This document shows, piece by piece, positions 42,601 to 56,168 of a stretch of DNA of 64,000 nt. Source of the stretch: the human T2T-CHM13v2.0 reference genome, Homo sapiens; NCBI RefSeq assembly GCF_009914755.1, contig NC_060932.1. The stretch is one strand, 5' to 3'. The notes under the pieces are model-generated. The model had not been told where the DNA came from. It saw nothing but the letters and a program-made list of their open reading frames with translations, and made no database searches. The stretch's first letter is position 1. Every line of letters starts with the position of its first letter. The translations under genes were made by a program, and so were the position numbers.

Positions 42601-43372
42601 AGTTGATGGTTTTTGATTGGTAGTCTCTAGTTCCAGGTTAGTTGGTGGTTTCTCATTGGTTAAGCTTAAGTATTCTCTTCCTAGTCTGTGGTCATTCACT
42701 CTAAGTTGGGTTTCAGTTTGCTTCCGTATGAACCCAAAGCTCTGGAGCCATCTCAGTGTACTGGCCTCCTCTCTTCCCCCCACCTTTTTTAACAGTATAA
42801 ATAAATCATCACAAATTAGGAATTGTATTTTAAATAAACCTATATTTGCTTTGTGTGTTGTAGTTTCAAAGCACTTTCATAGGCATTTCTTTTGATACTT
42901 GTAATAACTTGGTGAGTTTCCCCAAAATGTAATAATCCAAAACATTTTTTCTCACCCCAAATCAAGATCTCTCTGCTACAGTAATACTAAGAAAGTAGAG
43001 GAAGCATGGACATAGGAATCAGATAACTTGGGGCTGGAATCCTGAATCTCTGTTGGATGTGGGACTCTAGCTTAGTCACTGGATGTCTATAAATAGTCAT
43101 CTCCTTTCTGTAAATGAACATTGTATCTACTTTGCAGCAGTGTTGCAGAGATTGACTACTTGGAAGATAGTCGTTAAATAAATTCCAGCTGCTAATATCA
43201 TTGTAATATTTTTGTTAATTAGCCATGATGGGTAGAATTAATTAATTTCTCCTTCTCTCCATCCTCCTCATTATTATTCTTCCTTTCTTTTCCTCCTGTC
43301 TTCCTTTTTGGAAATTTGACTGTCATTTTCTCGTGTGTATGTTTTAATCTTATGTGTTGTATGTATATTTAA

Positions 43373-43725
<353 letters not shown>

Positions 43726-44514
43726 CTGCTCTGTGTTTATAAAAATCAGTTTTCCAAGCATTTGTAATATTTAGAGTATCGAGTGTTTCTTTCTCCCTAG
43801 ATGGTATATTTATGCGTATTTATGATGAGCTTATTTGTCCTTATTAGACTGATATGTGTCTCTACTCTGCTTTGCCATTTGTTCATGGAATATTACTTGC
43901 AAGATTAGGCACTGTATGAATCAATCTAGTTTGGGTAGTTATAGTGTGTTCAACTCTGGTTTGAATGTAATGAGGATTCAGTTAGGTTTGGATTGCTTAA
44001 ATAAAATAATTCTTTAGTGAAAACATTTGTCATGTTGGAGGTTAAAAAATTCCTTTTCAGATTAGCAGCTACAGTAACATTTTAGTAATTTGTCCAATAG
44101 AATTTACGATGGCTGTAAATACTCTTTATATTTCTTTTAAAAACAATTTAAATACTCCAGCTGGACTGTTGTACTATTTTGAAATCGATTTCTGAATGTT
44201 GAGCATCTTATATGAGCTTCTCATTTTATTATAGATTTGGGCCAATGCCTGTCCTTTAATTAAACTTTACACAAGAGTTAAGGTGTTTGGAAAAGTCGGG
44301 GGGGGGGTAATAACTCTATTGATCTTATTAATTTCCACACTAGTAGGTCATTGTGCAGGCTGATTTGAATTATTCAGTTATTTTCTGACCCTTTTATGAA
44401 CTTCTATTAATAGTTCTTATAAAACAAGTTACAGTTTTTAGAAGAGCAGTTTTCAGCAGTGACTGCTAGCTAACTCTTTACAAACTCACTATACTCCTTT
44501 AAATTATTTTAAAC

Positions 44515-44790
44515 ATTCATTCATTCATTTATTCAACCATTTAGTAACCATTTGTGCAGCCATTATCCTAAATCACTATGCTAAGTGTTAGAATATAACA
44601 AAAATGAATAAATAGATGTTCTTAACCTTCCATGAGCTTACCATCTTGTTGTTGGGCACAGGAAGTGTGAACAATGAGTATATGAAAATATATTCTGTTG
44701 TGGTACAAGTTTTATACAGCAAAACAGGTCATTGTGAAGGATATTATCAATTCATCTGTGGGGTGAAGGGGAAGTTGATGTTTTAATTAA
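44515..44790 (-). mobile_element. L2 3' fragment
   Basis: cattcattcattcatttattcaacc...ccttccatgagctta. Confidence 0.65.
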
Positions 44791-44798
44791 GAGCTGGA

Positions 44799-45081
44799 GG
44801 CTAGGCGCAGTGGCTCACACCTGTAATCCCAGCACTTTGGGAGGCCGAGGCGGGCGGATGACAAGGTCAGGAGATCGAGACCACGGTGAAACCCCGTCTC
44901 TACTAAAAATACAAAAAATTAGCTGGGCGCAGTGGCAGGCACCTGTAGTCCCAGCTACTCAGGAGGCTGAGGCAGGAGAATGGCATGAACCCGGGAGGCG
45001 GAGCTTGCAGTGAGCCGAGATTGCGCCACTGCACTCCAGCCTGGGCAACAGAGCAAGACTCCGTCTCAAAAAAAAAAAGAA
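44799..45081 (+). mobile_element. AluY with 12-bp left-arm deletion (AluYd lineage)
   Basis: gagatcgagacca^cggtgaaacccc. TSD aa(g/a)agctgga. Confidence 0.9.
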
Positions 45082-45189
45082 AAAAGCTGGACACAGACTT
45101 GCAATTTCTAGGTTGCTCAAGAGATATAAAGTTAAATTAGATAAAATCTCACCCCTCAAGAACTTACTGTCTAGTATAGGCATGTACGG

Positions 45190-45410
45190 TATTTGGCAAA
45201 TGCCTATATAGAACTTAACTGGACCAGGTATTGTTGTTCTTTGCAAATATTAAATTATTTAATCCTCATAAAAACCCTATGGGGGGCAGGCGCTGTTATT
45301 TCTACATTTCTTTGATGAGGAAATTGTGACTTATAAGTTACTTTCTGACAGCCATATAATTAAGTACCATAGCAGGGATTCAAACTCAAGCAGTTGGAGT
45401 CTGGCTGCAT
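45190..45410 (-). mobile_element. MIR
   Basis: atttaatcctcataaaaaccctatg...gatgaggaaattg...gggattcaaactcaagcagt. Confidence 0.7.
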
Positions 45411-46145
45411 TATTTCAAAGACTCTTACTCTCTGAGGTTTTATGTTTTTGTTTTTTTTTACTGAGAAAGTTCTTCTTATTACTTAGCCGTTAAGAATTCA
45501 ACAATCAGCAGTGTTCAAAAGGTGTCTTGGATGCAGAAAGTGGACCCTTTTGCCATTATTTTTATCTCTTCAATTTTGGGGGCCAGAGTACCAATTTTTA
45601 CCTTAACTTAAAACCATGGAAATTGACCGGTTACATTAGGGTATAACCATGCAGGACCTTGGAGTATTTTTTGATTTAATCATCTTAGGCTTCAGTGACT
45701 AAAGAGCTATAGTCATGTCTCCTCTGCCCCTCTTTTTTTTTTCCTTCATCTACTTTATGCAAAGATTGCTTCTGTTTGACTCCTTTGTACTCACTTAACT
45801 CTGTAATTTGCTTATTTTGATGTTAGTGGAATTTATATTTTCATTTGGATTTGGACCTAGAACTGTCTCCTGATATCACACAAAATTCCTTCAGCCGTTC
45901 CTTTAAGTCCACTTTGAGAGCTCACTAAAGATCACCAGTACTGAGGTTCTGTAATTTCAAGCTGTTCTCTATACATTGAAGCAGTGCTTCCCGCAGAATG
46001 ACTTGGCTGTAGGAGAATAAAGTGAAGGGATAAGCAGATGTGGCTACATTAAGAACGTCCAATGCTTGTGATTTACAGCTTTAGAACATTTTCACATCTC
46101 ACTTCAGGAAAGAAGGAAAAAAGAGATTAAAGGGTGTAGTCTTTA

Positions 46146-46592
46146 ATTATTTACAATAGCTAAGAGGTGGAAACACTCCAAATATCTGTCAACCAATGAA
46201 TGGATAAACAAAATGTGTTATATAGCTACAGTGGAATATTATTCCGCCTTAAAAAGTAAGGAGATACTGCCACATGCTGCCCCGTGGATGAGCCTTGAGG
46301 GCATTATGCTAAGTGAAATAAGCCAAGCATGGAAAGACAAATACTGTATGATTCCTCTTATATGACACAGCTAAGCAGTCACATTTATATAAACAAAATA
46401 GAATGGTAGTTACCAAGGGCTGAGGGGAAGGGAAAATGGGGAGTAGTTTAATGTGCATAGGGTTTCACTTGTGTGAGACAAAAAAGTTCTGGACATCTGT
46501 TGCACGACAGTGTGGATGGACTGAACAGCACACTTAAAAATGGTTGACTATAAATTTTATGGTTTTTTTTAATAACAGTTTAAAAAATAAAA
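46146..46592 (+). mobile_element. L1MB-like 3' end, 5'-truncated
   Basis: aatgaatggataaacaaaatgtg, cattatgctaagtgaaataagcca, agaatggtagttacc, A-rich end. Confidence 0.85.
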
Positions 46593-46594
46593 GG

Positions 46595-46800
46595 TATGGG
46601 CTTGAAGTCAGATATATCTAGATTTGAATTCTGACTGTGCTATTAGCTCTCTAACCTTTGCAAACTTCTTAACCATTTCAGTCCTCAGGATCTCACTGTA
46701 AAATGCAGGCGGCAGATCATATATTTGTTAGCATAAAGAGATAATTTAAGTCAAACACACAGCCCTGTACTTCATGAGTCATCATCAACAAAGTAATAAT
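46595..46800 (+). mobile_element. MIR
   Basis: aagtcaga...tttgaattctgact...ctcactgtaaaatg. Confidence 0.6.
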
Positions 46801-46939
46801 TATAATTTAATTACTGCTGGTATAAGTGACCCCTAAAATAATTTTCATTATTTTTCAATATTTTGCTGTGTAAATTTATGTATGGTGAGCTCAGATGGAT
46901 ATTTTTGTATGTAAAGGAGGTATTAGAAATTCTTTTTAA

Positions 46940-47343
<404 letters not shown>

Positions 47344-47344
47344 T

Positions 47345-47640
47345 TATCAGGTCCTCTTTCCACCCTTCCTACTCTGCTCTGTGCCCAGAGGCTGATATGC
47401 ATGGTACAAGACCTGTATCATAGATATATTTACCCTCTGGCTTTGAGCTGGGTTAAGAGCTATCCACTAGTGGTCAATAGCAGAAGCTTGGCAGGAGAGA
47501 GAAGTGAGCTCAAAGTGTATATTTGCTTTGGCCCTTGCTGCTGTGTCACCACAAATTAACTGCTTTCCTGTGTGCAGTCTGTAGCCCCATCAGGCTACCA
47601 TATTAGTCTGTTTTTCTTTTCCTTTCCTGGCCCCTGCATG
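47345..47640 (+). mobile_element. LTR33-like ERVL LTR fragment
   Basis: ccacccttcctactctgctctgtgcccagaggctga...ccctctggcttt. Confidence 0.5.
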
Positions 47641-47772
47641 CCATTTTAGATGGGTAAAATATTCACGTGGTTAAGAGATTTAAAGCAGTGCAAAAAGAGA
47701 TACAGTGAAAAGTATTTCTGTACCCTATCTACTTTGTCCTCTCCATGCCAAATAGATAACTAGTTTCTTATA

Positions 47773-48380
47773 CTGTCTTTTGTTGCTTAACCACAGGAAT
47801 GTGTGTTCTGAGGAATGCATCCTTAGATGATTTTGTTGTTGTGGACCATGATAGATTGCACTTAAACATACCTGGATGGTGCAGCCGGCTTGCTGTACAC
47901 ATAGGCTAGGTGATATAGCCTGTTGCTGCTAGGCTACAAACCTAGACAGCATGTTGCAAAGCCAGAGTACATGTTACCATACTGAGTACTGTAGGCAGTT
48001 GTAACACAATGGTAAGTATTTTGTGTATTTAAACATAGAAAAAGCACAATAAAAATACAGTGCAAAAGACAAAACATGGAATACTTGCATAGGACACTTA
48101 CCATGAGTGGAGCCTGTGGAACTGGAAGTTGCTCTGGGTGAGTCAGTGGTTGAGTGGTGAGTGAATATGAAGGACTGGGTCATTACTGCACACTTTTATA
48201 CATCTGGCAGCATGGAAGGTTTGTTTACACTATCATTGCCACAAACATGTAATGCTTTGTGCTGCAAGGTTACCACAGCTAAGCCATTACTAGGCAGTAG
48301 GAATTTTTCAGCTTCATTATAATCTTACAAGACCACTGTCATATATGTTGACTGTAATGTCGCTACATGATGTAAAACTG
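47773..48380 (-). mobile_element. Tigger3c-like DNA transposon, inserted in degraded L1ME
   Basis: TA-flanked. gttctgaggaatgcat, ctaggctacaaacct, ggaagttgctctgggtgagtcagtg. Confidence 0.82.
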
Positions 48381-48437
48381 TATATCAATAGGGAGATGTT
48401 TTCTGTGTGTATATAAGTAAACATTTGTTTCTTACAT

Positions 48438-48465
48438 TGTGTGTGTGTGTGTGTGTGTGTGTGTG
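48438..48465. repeat. (TG)14 microsatellite
   Basis: Direct. Confidence 0.95.
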
Positions 48466-50031
48466 AGTAAACAGTGCATTTGGTACCGATCTTTGACTAT
48501 CAGAACATGAAGTTTCCTCATTTTGTGCAGTAGCCACATGCTATTTTATTCCAGGGTGTGCTCTAGCCTACTTACCCAGCTCCTGTTGATAAGACATTTA
48601 GGTGGTTCCCAGTGTTTTGCTATTAAAGACAATGCAGTAGTGGATAATTTTGTGAGTAATATTCCACATCTATCTAAGTATATATGTAGGTTAAATTTCT
48701 AGAAATGAAGTTGCTAGAACAAAGGAAAAATAATCTGTGTGTTTGATTATATGAGAGAAATGAAGCTACTTTAAAAATTTTACATTACTAAAATTTTTAT
48801 ATTGGAAACTTAACTTATTTAAATGCAAAGATTATTTAGCTATTTTTAGAATATTAGTGGACTTTAGTATATCTGGTACCTTAAAAAGGAAAAGAGGCCA
48901 TTGCTTAGGAAGTTCTGTACTAGACCAAAGCAAAACAAATGAACAAACAAAAAACAATACAGATATTATTACTGAAAACAAGAATTCTGCAGTGAGAGGT
49001 TTGGTGTACATGGTTTGAAAACATAGCATTTTAATCCCCTACATTATCTAAAACCTTAATCACACATTTGCTTATTATTTCTGAGCTAGGAGATGGTATT
49101 GGTACCTTAAGCTGTTTGGTACCAAATGTAATCTGGGGATTAGTGAAAGTCAAATCCCCTATGCATTCGTCCTTGAAAATCTGATTGGGTTTTCTCTATT
49201 GGTGGCCTCACTTTGCCACAGTTAACTAGAGGGTCACATCCATCTTGGTGGATCTCAAGCATCTTTCCTCCCTCGGGGAAGATGAGAGCGGTAGTAGCAG
49301 GGGTTTTTGAATATGCAACTCTCAGTTAGGGACAGGCATAAATCCTTGAGACAGCTGTCTCAAGATTTCGTAGATAATTTTGTGCAATTCTCCATTTTAT
49401 GTATTTCTGGATTTCAAAAAAAAATTAAGCTACTTATAATGCTCATTCAAGTAGAAAATAAAAATTGTTGATTGAACAGCATCTGCTAAAAACAAGAAAA
49501 GTTTTAACCAGTTTTGAATTGTATATTGGAAGGCACAAGGGCCTGAGAAAAGTACAGCATTCATGATTTAAACCAGGTCTGTTTGACTCCCGCGATGGGG
49601 CTCAGGGCTCTTTGCATTGTTGTGTGGTGCTTTAGGCTTGTTAAATGCAAACCTATATGCTTCTGATATGGCATCAGGCTTAAAAAATTTAAAAAAAATC
49701 TTAAAATATTCCAACATCATTCAAAATTTAAGATAGAAACAGTGCATTCTAGCAACTTAAGATTTGTAGGATGCTGTGTATATGTAGAGAGGAAATTAGA
49801 TATTTTATATAGATTTTCTTTCATTTTCCTTTTTAAAATAACAGATGATCTGAAACTGTAATATGTGATAAAATACTTAATTCCTAATTTTTAAAAGCTT
49901 ACCTATATGATTTTCTTACGACAAAATGTTAAGTGACACTGACACAAGGGAAAACGTGTGGAATTCTGAATTAATGGATTTAAATATTGTACATCTGGTG
50001 TGAGTTTTCAACAATTACTAAACTACTTTGT

Positions 50032-50340
50032 TTTTTTTTGTTGTTGTTGTTGTTTTTGAGACGGGGTCTTGCTCTGCTGCCCAGGGTGGAGGTGCAGTGA
50101 CACGATCTCACCTCACTGCAAGCTCCGCCTCCCGTGTTCATGCCATTCTCCTGCCTCAGCCTCCCCAGTAGCTGGACTACAGGCGCCTGCCACCACGTCC
50201 AGCTAATTTTTTGTATTTTTTAGTAGAGACGGGGGTTTCACCTTGTTAGCCAGGATGGTCTCAATCTCCTGACCTCGTGATCCACCCGCCTCGGCCTCCC
50301 AAAGTACTGGGATTACAGGTGTGAGCCACCACGCCCGGCC
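50032..50340 (-). mobile_element. AluY with (TTG)n tail
   Basis: Perfect 13-bp TSD taaactactttgt at 50019 and 50341. Confidence 0.93.
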
Positions 50341-51099
50341 TAAACTACTTTGTCAATTGAAAAGGAGGCAGTTGAATCTATTTTGACACACATACACATA
50401 CCATACAAAAAAAAATTTTAGGACGTTTCAGTGTACCTGATTTTGTTGAATCGTCTAACTATGCCAAAGGTATTTCTAATTATTGCATAAATAGATAATG
50501 AAGGGTGGGATTTATTTTCTTCTAATTAAAGCTGAAGTCATGAATTGTTATACCCGGAGCAGCTGATGTGAGACTTACTGCTCTTTACTGAAGAAAACAA
50601 AACCAGTGTAGCTCATTGATACCATTGGTGCTACAATTTTCAAACTGTGTGTGTGTGTGTCAATTCTATTCATGGAAAATTTCTGAAAGAGTATATAAAA
50701 ACAGTTGATTACAATTATTTCTGGAGTTGAAGTGATAGGAGAAACCTTAAAAAAATTTTATATCCTGTCATATTGTTTTAAATTGTTACCATGTTCATGT
50801 ATTATTTTTATAGAAAAAATCAATAAAATTAAAGGTACTCTTCTATTTCTGTGTATATTTTTCCTTTACAGGTTCCACTTAAAATTAATTTTTCAGGATC
50901 AAAACATAGTGTAGTACAAGAAAGCAGACAAAATGACAAATTCATTTATTTGGTGACTTAGTCTTTATCTCTTCTTGGAAGCTTTGATTAGAAGCTGCAG
51001 ATATAATTTGCTATTTCCTTCTCTTAGCCATCCTTTCTTATCTTCAGTTTCTACCCTGCTTCCTTCCGTCTCCCCCATCTCATCGCTCTTAATCCCTAT

Positions 51100-51395
51100 T
51101 GTATAGTGTTTTCAGACACTTACCAATTCTTTGATGCCAGCTGTGTATCCAGTGATTCAATTCTGAAGCTAACTGCGGGAGTTAGCGTCAGGCCTCCTCC
51201 CCTCCCCACAGATCAAGGGCTTAATCCCACAAGACTGCTGACACTTCAGGTGCCAGCCACAATGTAATGCTCCGGCTACCCAGATTTCTGCCTAACTACA
51301 AATTTGGAGGCTCCAGGATCCTTCCTCAGGTTTGGTAATTTGCTATAATGACTCACAGAACTCAGGAAAGCACTTTGCTTACTGTTAGTGACCAA
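51100..51395 (-). mobile_element. MER21-like LTR fragment
   Basis: ttcaattctga...ggagttagcg...tcccacaagactgc...ctcacagaactcaggaaagcactt. Confidence 0.72.
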
Positions 51396-51879
51396 AGTTT
51401 CATCAAGGAGTGAGAGGCTTTGTCAGCATTTGTAAGTCACATGAGATCCTAAGGTTTTAGAACCAAATCGTTGGATATTCTAGTTCCCTTTTCTCATTTT
51501 AAACTTGAAGAACCTGCATCCTAACTGATATACTGTTTTCTAATTGCAAAGACAATTATTAGCAGATCTGAGACGAGAATCTAGAATTTTTATGTCCCAT
51601 TTAGTGTCCTTTAAATTGTAATAATTCTTTGTTGCTCATTCAAAACCTTTGTTTAATAGACAATCATTTAGTTCGAAATGGGAGGCTGCATATTAGGATG
51701 GAGTGAAAGCTCCTCCGTGGTATTATGAAGCCCATTGGCTGTTTCAGTGGTGACAGAAGCCCCAGGCCCAAAGCCTCTAGCTTAAATAAATCTTTCATTT
51801 ATCCCAAGATACTGTAAAAATCTTTCTTACTTGTTTTTCTGATATGACATAAAAATGGTGGGAGAGACTGCACAGGCAC

Positions 51880-52700
51880 CTTGTCTTTGGAGCCAAACAA
51901 ATCTGAGGGTAAATCTTAACCTTTGCCATTTATTGTGAAGTCACCTCTTTGAACCTCCTCTTTGTCATCTGTCTTGAGGATTGAATTATGTCATGAATGT
52001 GAGATATGTTGTTCAGGGATGGCACATATTAAATTCTTAAATGTTCCTAGCTTAACAAGCAAAATGGATAAATACGTGTATTCCTTTGTACAGCTGATGA
52101 CGTCTTTGATACCTTCTCCAGGCTGTTCTTTATCCTTCTCTGAACCTGGGTGTCTATAGGTTGGTGCTTGGAGGTAACAGTACTCATTCATTCAGCATTC
52201 ATGCAAGCACCTAATTTTGTATCTCTTGTGCAACCAAATACTATGGGCCATAGGGTGGATGAAATTTTATGCTAAAATTTTCTAGGATCTGGAACTTGCT
52301 TAGTTTAAGATATTTAAGAGTGAATAAATAGATTTTTACCTAAGAGAAATTTATGTTCCAGAGGGAGAGGTAGCACATTTTTTTTTCCATCTAAGGGTAG
52401 CAGTAGAGTTGCACGTAAAGTGCTTTGTGAGTATCAAGGTGAGAGTGATTGATTCTTCCATTCTTGCCACCCCATTGAGGAAAGAAACACTTGCACAGAA
52501 AAGGAGATTTAATGTGGTTGAGTCTCGAAAGGAGATGAAGATGAAATCATCATAACAAGTAGAGCGAAGAGCATTAGTAAAGACATTAGCATATAGTTGA
52601 TATGTGTCACATGCAAGGAGGGAAGATTTGATTGGGGAGGTGGGCTACTGGAAGGTTGTCTAGGGTGTTTAATGCCATCGTAGAATCAGTTCTTGGTTGT
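51880..52700. mobile_element. MIR (+) and L2 (-) fragments
   Basis: tttggagccaaacaaatctgagg; ctcattcattcagcattc. Confidence 0.5.
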
Positions 52701-53074
52701 AGAAGCCTTGAAAAGCCAGGCAAGATTGGTAACTAGGGATGTTTCAGCACTTTGTATCACTGAACTGTGAATACTTAATGGCTTTTCTTCTTTATTTGAT
52801 CAGCCTTATCTAGTTATCCAGAAGACCTGAAGTAACTTATTTTTGTGTTGTTTATCTGGTCTGTTTTTCTCCTCTGTTGGTATGAGCAGTTGAGATTTGA
52901 CTTTGTAGAGCCATGATACATGCATTTATTCCATTTATGAAGAATCATTGATGAAACCGGAAATGTACTTGAAAACATTTGCCTCAATTTAATAGTCCAT
53001 ACTTCAGTAGTAGTTGATTTCATGCCACTACAGAGCTAACCAGAACACCCAGCCCCTGCATTTCTGAGTCATAC

Positions 53075-53103
53075 ACTTCATGGTTATCTTTTTGCCTCCA
53101 CAG
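53075..53103 (+). promoter_or_regulatory. 3' splice site (polypyrimidine tract + CAG) of exon 2
   Basis: ...cttcatggttatctttttgcctccacag. Confidence 0.92.
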
Positions 53104-53222
53104 AAATAGAAAAGTTTCAAAAAGGAGAAGGCAAGGATGAAGAAAAGTACATCGATGTGGTGATTAATAAGAACATGAAGCTGGGACAGAAAGTGTTAAT
53201 TCCCGTAAAACAGTTCCCTAAG
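53104..53222 (+). CDS. KHDRBS3: KHDRBS3 (SLM2/T-STAR) internal coding exon 2: end of QUA1 region and start of KH domain
   Basis: Flanked by tctttttgcctccacag| and AAG|gtaaga. 119 nt, starts in phase 1 (AA completes a codon) and ends in phase 0. Translation (E)[39 protein letters not shown] matches the recalled KHDRBS3 protein just before FNFVGKLLGPRG. Confidence 0.96.
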
Positions 53223-53228
53223 GTAAGA
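53220..53228 (+). promoter_or_regulatory. 5' splice site of exon 2
   Basis: AAG|gtaaga. Confidence 0.93.
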
Positions 53229-53429
53229 CAGTGAGGTCTACACTGCAGGTATTTTAACCTGAATCAAAGGGGAGCAGATGTTTAATTTATATTCTGTTTG
53301 GTGTTTTTAGAGATGTTTTCTCTTAGCATCCCCCTACACACACTTTTAAAGTTAATTAAAAACTTAGTAAATTTATTCATTCTGTCTTTTCCCTTTAGTG
53401 TGAGTTACAGATTCCTGAAAATATATCCT

Positions 53430-53585
53430 TTTGAGTCAAACTAGCAGTGTGACTTTGGGAAGCCTCTTCAACTTCTTTCCACTTCAGTTTCCTCATTTGT
53501 AATATGAGGTTGGATGGTTTAAAATTACATGAGATAATCTGTGTTAAATGCTTGGTACATAAAGGTTCAAAAATATCATTGTTTA
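53430..53585 (+). mobile_element. MIR
   Basis: gtgtgactttggg...cttcagtttcctcatttgtaatatg. Confidence 0.7.
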
Positions 53586-53802
53586 TGTTTTATTTAAATG
53601 CTATTTTTCTTTTGTCTTCTGAATGTTCATATACATGATTCTTGCATACTGTTGTGTGTATTAGTAGTTCATTTCTTTTTATTGATGAATAATAATCTGT
53701 TACCTGAATATATCATTGTTGTTTATCCATTTGTCTAGGCACTTTTAATTTTTTGGTTATTATAAATTAAATTTCTCTGAACAGTTTTATACAAGTTGTT
53801 TC

Positions 53803-54251
53803 CTTTTCTTTTTCTTTTTTTAACGTTGTATTTTGTTTTAAGTTCTGGGATACATGTGCAGGACGTGCAGGTTTGTTACATAGGTAAATGTGTGCCATGG
53901 TGGTTTGCCCCATCACCTAGGTATTAAGCCCCACATGCATTAGCTATTTATCCTGATGCTCTCCCTCCCCCTGCCCCCATGACAGGCCCCACTGTGTGTT
54001 GTTCCCCTCCCTGTGTCCGTGTGTTCTCATTGTTCAGCTCCCACTTATCAGTGAGAACATGCAGTGTTTGCTTTTCTGTTCCTGTGTTAGTCTGCTGAAG
54101 ATAATAGCTTCCAGCTCCTTCCATGTCCCTGCAAAGGACATGATCTCATTCCTCTTTAGGGCTGCATAGTATTCCATAGTGTATATGTACCACATTTTCT
54201 TTATCCAGCCTGTCATTGATAGGGATTTGGGTTGATTCCATGTCTTTGCTA
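53803..54251 (-). mobile_element. 5'-truncated L1PA (approximately PA7-PA10) 3' end
   Basis: tttaagttctgggatacatgtgcagg...gtgagaacatgcagtgtttg...gttgattccatgtctttgcta. 17-bp TSD ttt(a/g)tacaagttgtttc at 53786 and 54252. Confidence 0.9.
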
Positions 54252-55890
54252 TTTGTACAAGTTGTTTCATAACCAGATATGTTTGTTACTCTTTATTAAA
54301 TACGCAGTATTGAAAATTGTTGTGTATTTAGTATTACAAGAAATTGTCATACTTTTTTCCAAAGCACTTATACCTTGTACCATTTCCACAAACAATGTGT
54401 GCAGGCTGTAGCTGCCTCATACCCTCATCAGTATTTGGTGCTGTCAGCCTTTTTTATTTTAGCTTTTGATGGTATATTGGTATCTTCCTGTGGTATGAAG
54501 TTGCATTTACCTTATGATTGATCATTTTGTGCAATTTTTCATATCCTTATTGGCTATTCATGTATTTGAATCTTGAAATCTTTGCCAACCTCAAGGAAAT
54601 GTTAGAGTTCTTTATAAGTTATACTCTTCTGTATTTTCTCTAAAAGTGTTATTGTAGCTTTTACTTTTAGGTCTATGATAGATCTCAAATGAATTTTTGT
54701 ATATGGTATGAGATAGAGGCTCAAGTTCATCTTTTTTCCCATATGGTTATCTAGTTTTTCTTGCACTATTTGTTGAAAGATGTTTCCCTCCACTGATTGT
54801 TTTGGTGCCTTTGATGAGACAATCAGGTGAGCATGTAAGTGGGGGTATATTTCTAAGCTTTTAGTTCACTTCTTTTAATCTATTTATGAATCCTTATGCC
54901 AGTACCACACTGTCTTGATTACTATAGGCTTTTACATAGTGAGACATGAGTTTAGGTAATGTAGTTCCTCCACCTTTGTCCTTCTTTTTCAGGATTACTT
55001 AGATACTTTAGATCCTTTACAATTACATATAAATTTAAGAATTTCTTTGTTAATTACTACAAAACCATCTGCTGGGATTAGAATTGCAATCGCATTGCAT
55101 CTGTTGAGCAATTTGTGGGAGATTTGACATCTTAACAATATTGAGTCTTCCCTTTAATTTCTATCAACAGCGCTTTGTACTTTTTAAGATAGGAGTTTTG
55201 TATGTCTTTTGTTAAACTTATTCTTAAATATTTTGTGTTTTTGACACTATCGTAAATTGAATATTTTTAAATTTCTATTTTCCAGTTTTTTTTCTAATAT
55301 AAAATTTTGTATGTTAACCATGTCTCCTGCTACCTTGCTAAATTTAAATTCACTTATTCTAGTAAGTTGTTTTGTAGACTTCTTAGGATTTGTCATGCAC
55401 ATCATTATACCATTTGCTTAAATAGTTTACTTCTCCCTTTCCAGTTTCTATGCATCTTATTATTTTACTTGCATTATTTTGGCTAATATCTCCAGTGTAA
55501 TGCTGAAGACAAATGAGGAGAGTAGGAATTATTCCTGTTTCTAATCAAGGAGGAAAGCATGCAGTTATTTTAACATTAAGAACAATATTAGTTACAGGTT
55601 TTTTTGGTAGATTTCATTTGCTAGGTAGAGGAAGTTCCCTTCTGCTTCAGTTTTACTGAGAGTTCTGATCCTCGGTGGTAAATTTTTTTGAATGCTTTTT
55701 CTACATCTATTGAAATAAACACAATGTATTTCTCTACACTGTTTATATGGTAGATTTTAATGATTGATTTTTAAAACTAAAACCTTTGTATTCTTGGGTT
55801 AAACCCTACTTAATAGTGATATATTATCTGTTTTATATAGTGCTGGATTCGGTTGCATCTTATTTTAATGAGTGATACTGACTTATACTA

Positions 55891-56168
55891 TTTTTTTTTT
55901 GAGACAGAGTCTCACTCTGTTGCCCAGGCTGTAGTGCAGTCACGCGACCTTGACTCACTGCAACCTCCATCTCCTGGATTCAAGTGATTCTCATGCCCCA
56001 GTCTCCCGAGTAGCTGGGATTACAGACATGCACCACCATGCCTGGCTAACATTTGTATTTTTGGTAGAGATGAGCCTTCTCCATGTTGACCAGGCTGGCC
56101 TAATGTGATTTGCCCACCTCTGCCTCCCAAAGTGCTGGGATTACAGGCAGAAGCCACCACTCCCAGCC
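55891..56168 (-). mobile_element. AluS with an internal left-arm deletion
   Basis: caggctggcc-taatgtgatttgcc lacks the gaactcctgacctc segment. TSD tgac(t/c)t(a/g)tac. Confidence 0.88.

Noticed and set aside
44298-44307. G10 run as a G-quadruplex
   Set aside because: A single homopolymer too short for a canonical three-tier intramolecular G4
46586-46591. Sense AATAAA at the L1MB 3' end as an intronic terminator
   Set aside because: A generic feature of L1 ends with no clear GU-rich downstream element
53104-53109. Alternative acceptor TAG 6 nt into exon 2
   Set aside because: Preceded by purines and competing with a strong CAG. No further support.
54034-54793. ORFs resembling the L1 ORF2 C-terminus (IAKTWNQPK...; LIPYTKI)
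   Set aside because: Remnants of truncated L1 copies, not functional genes
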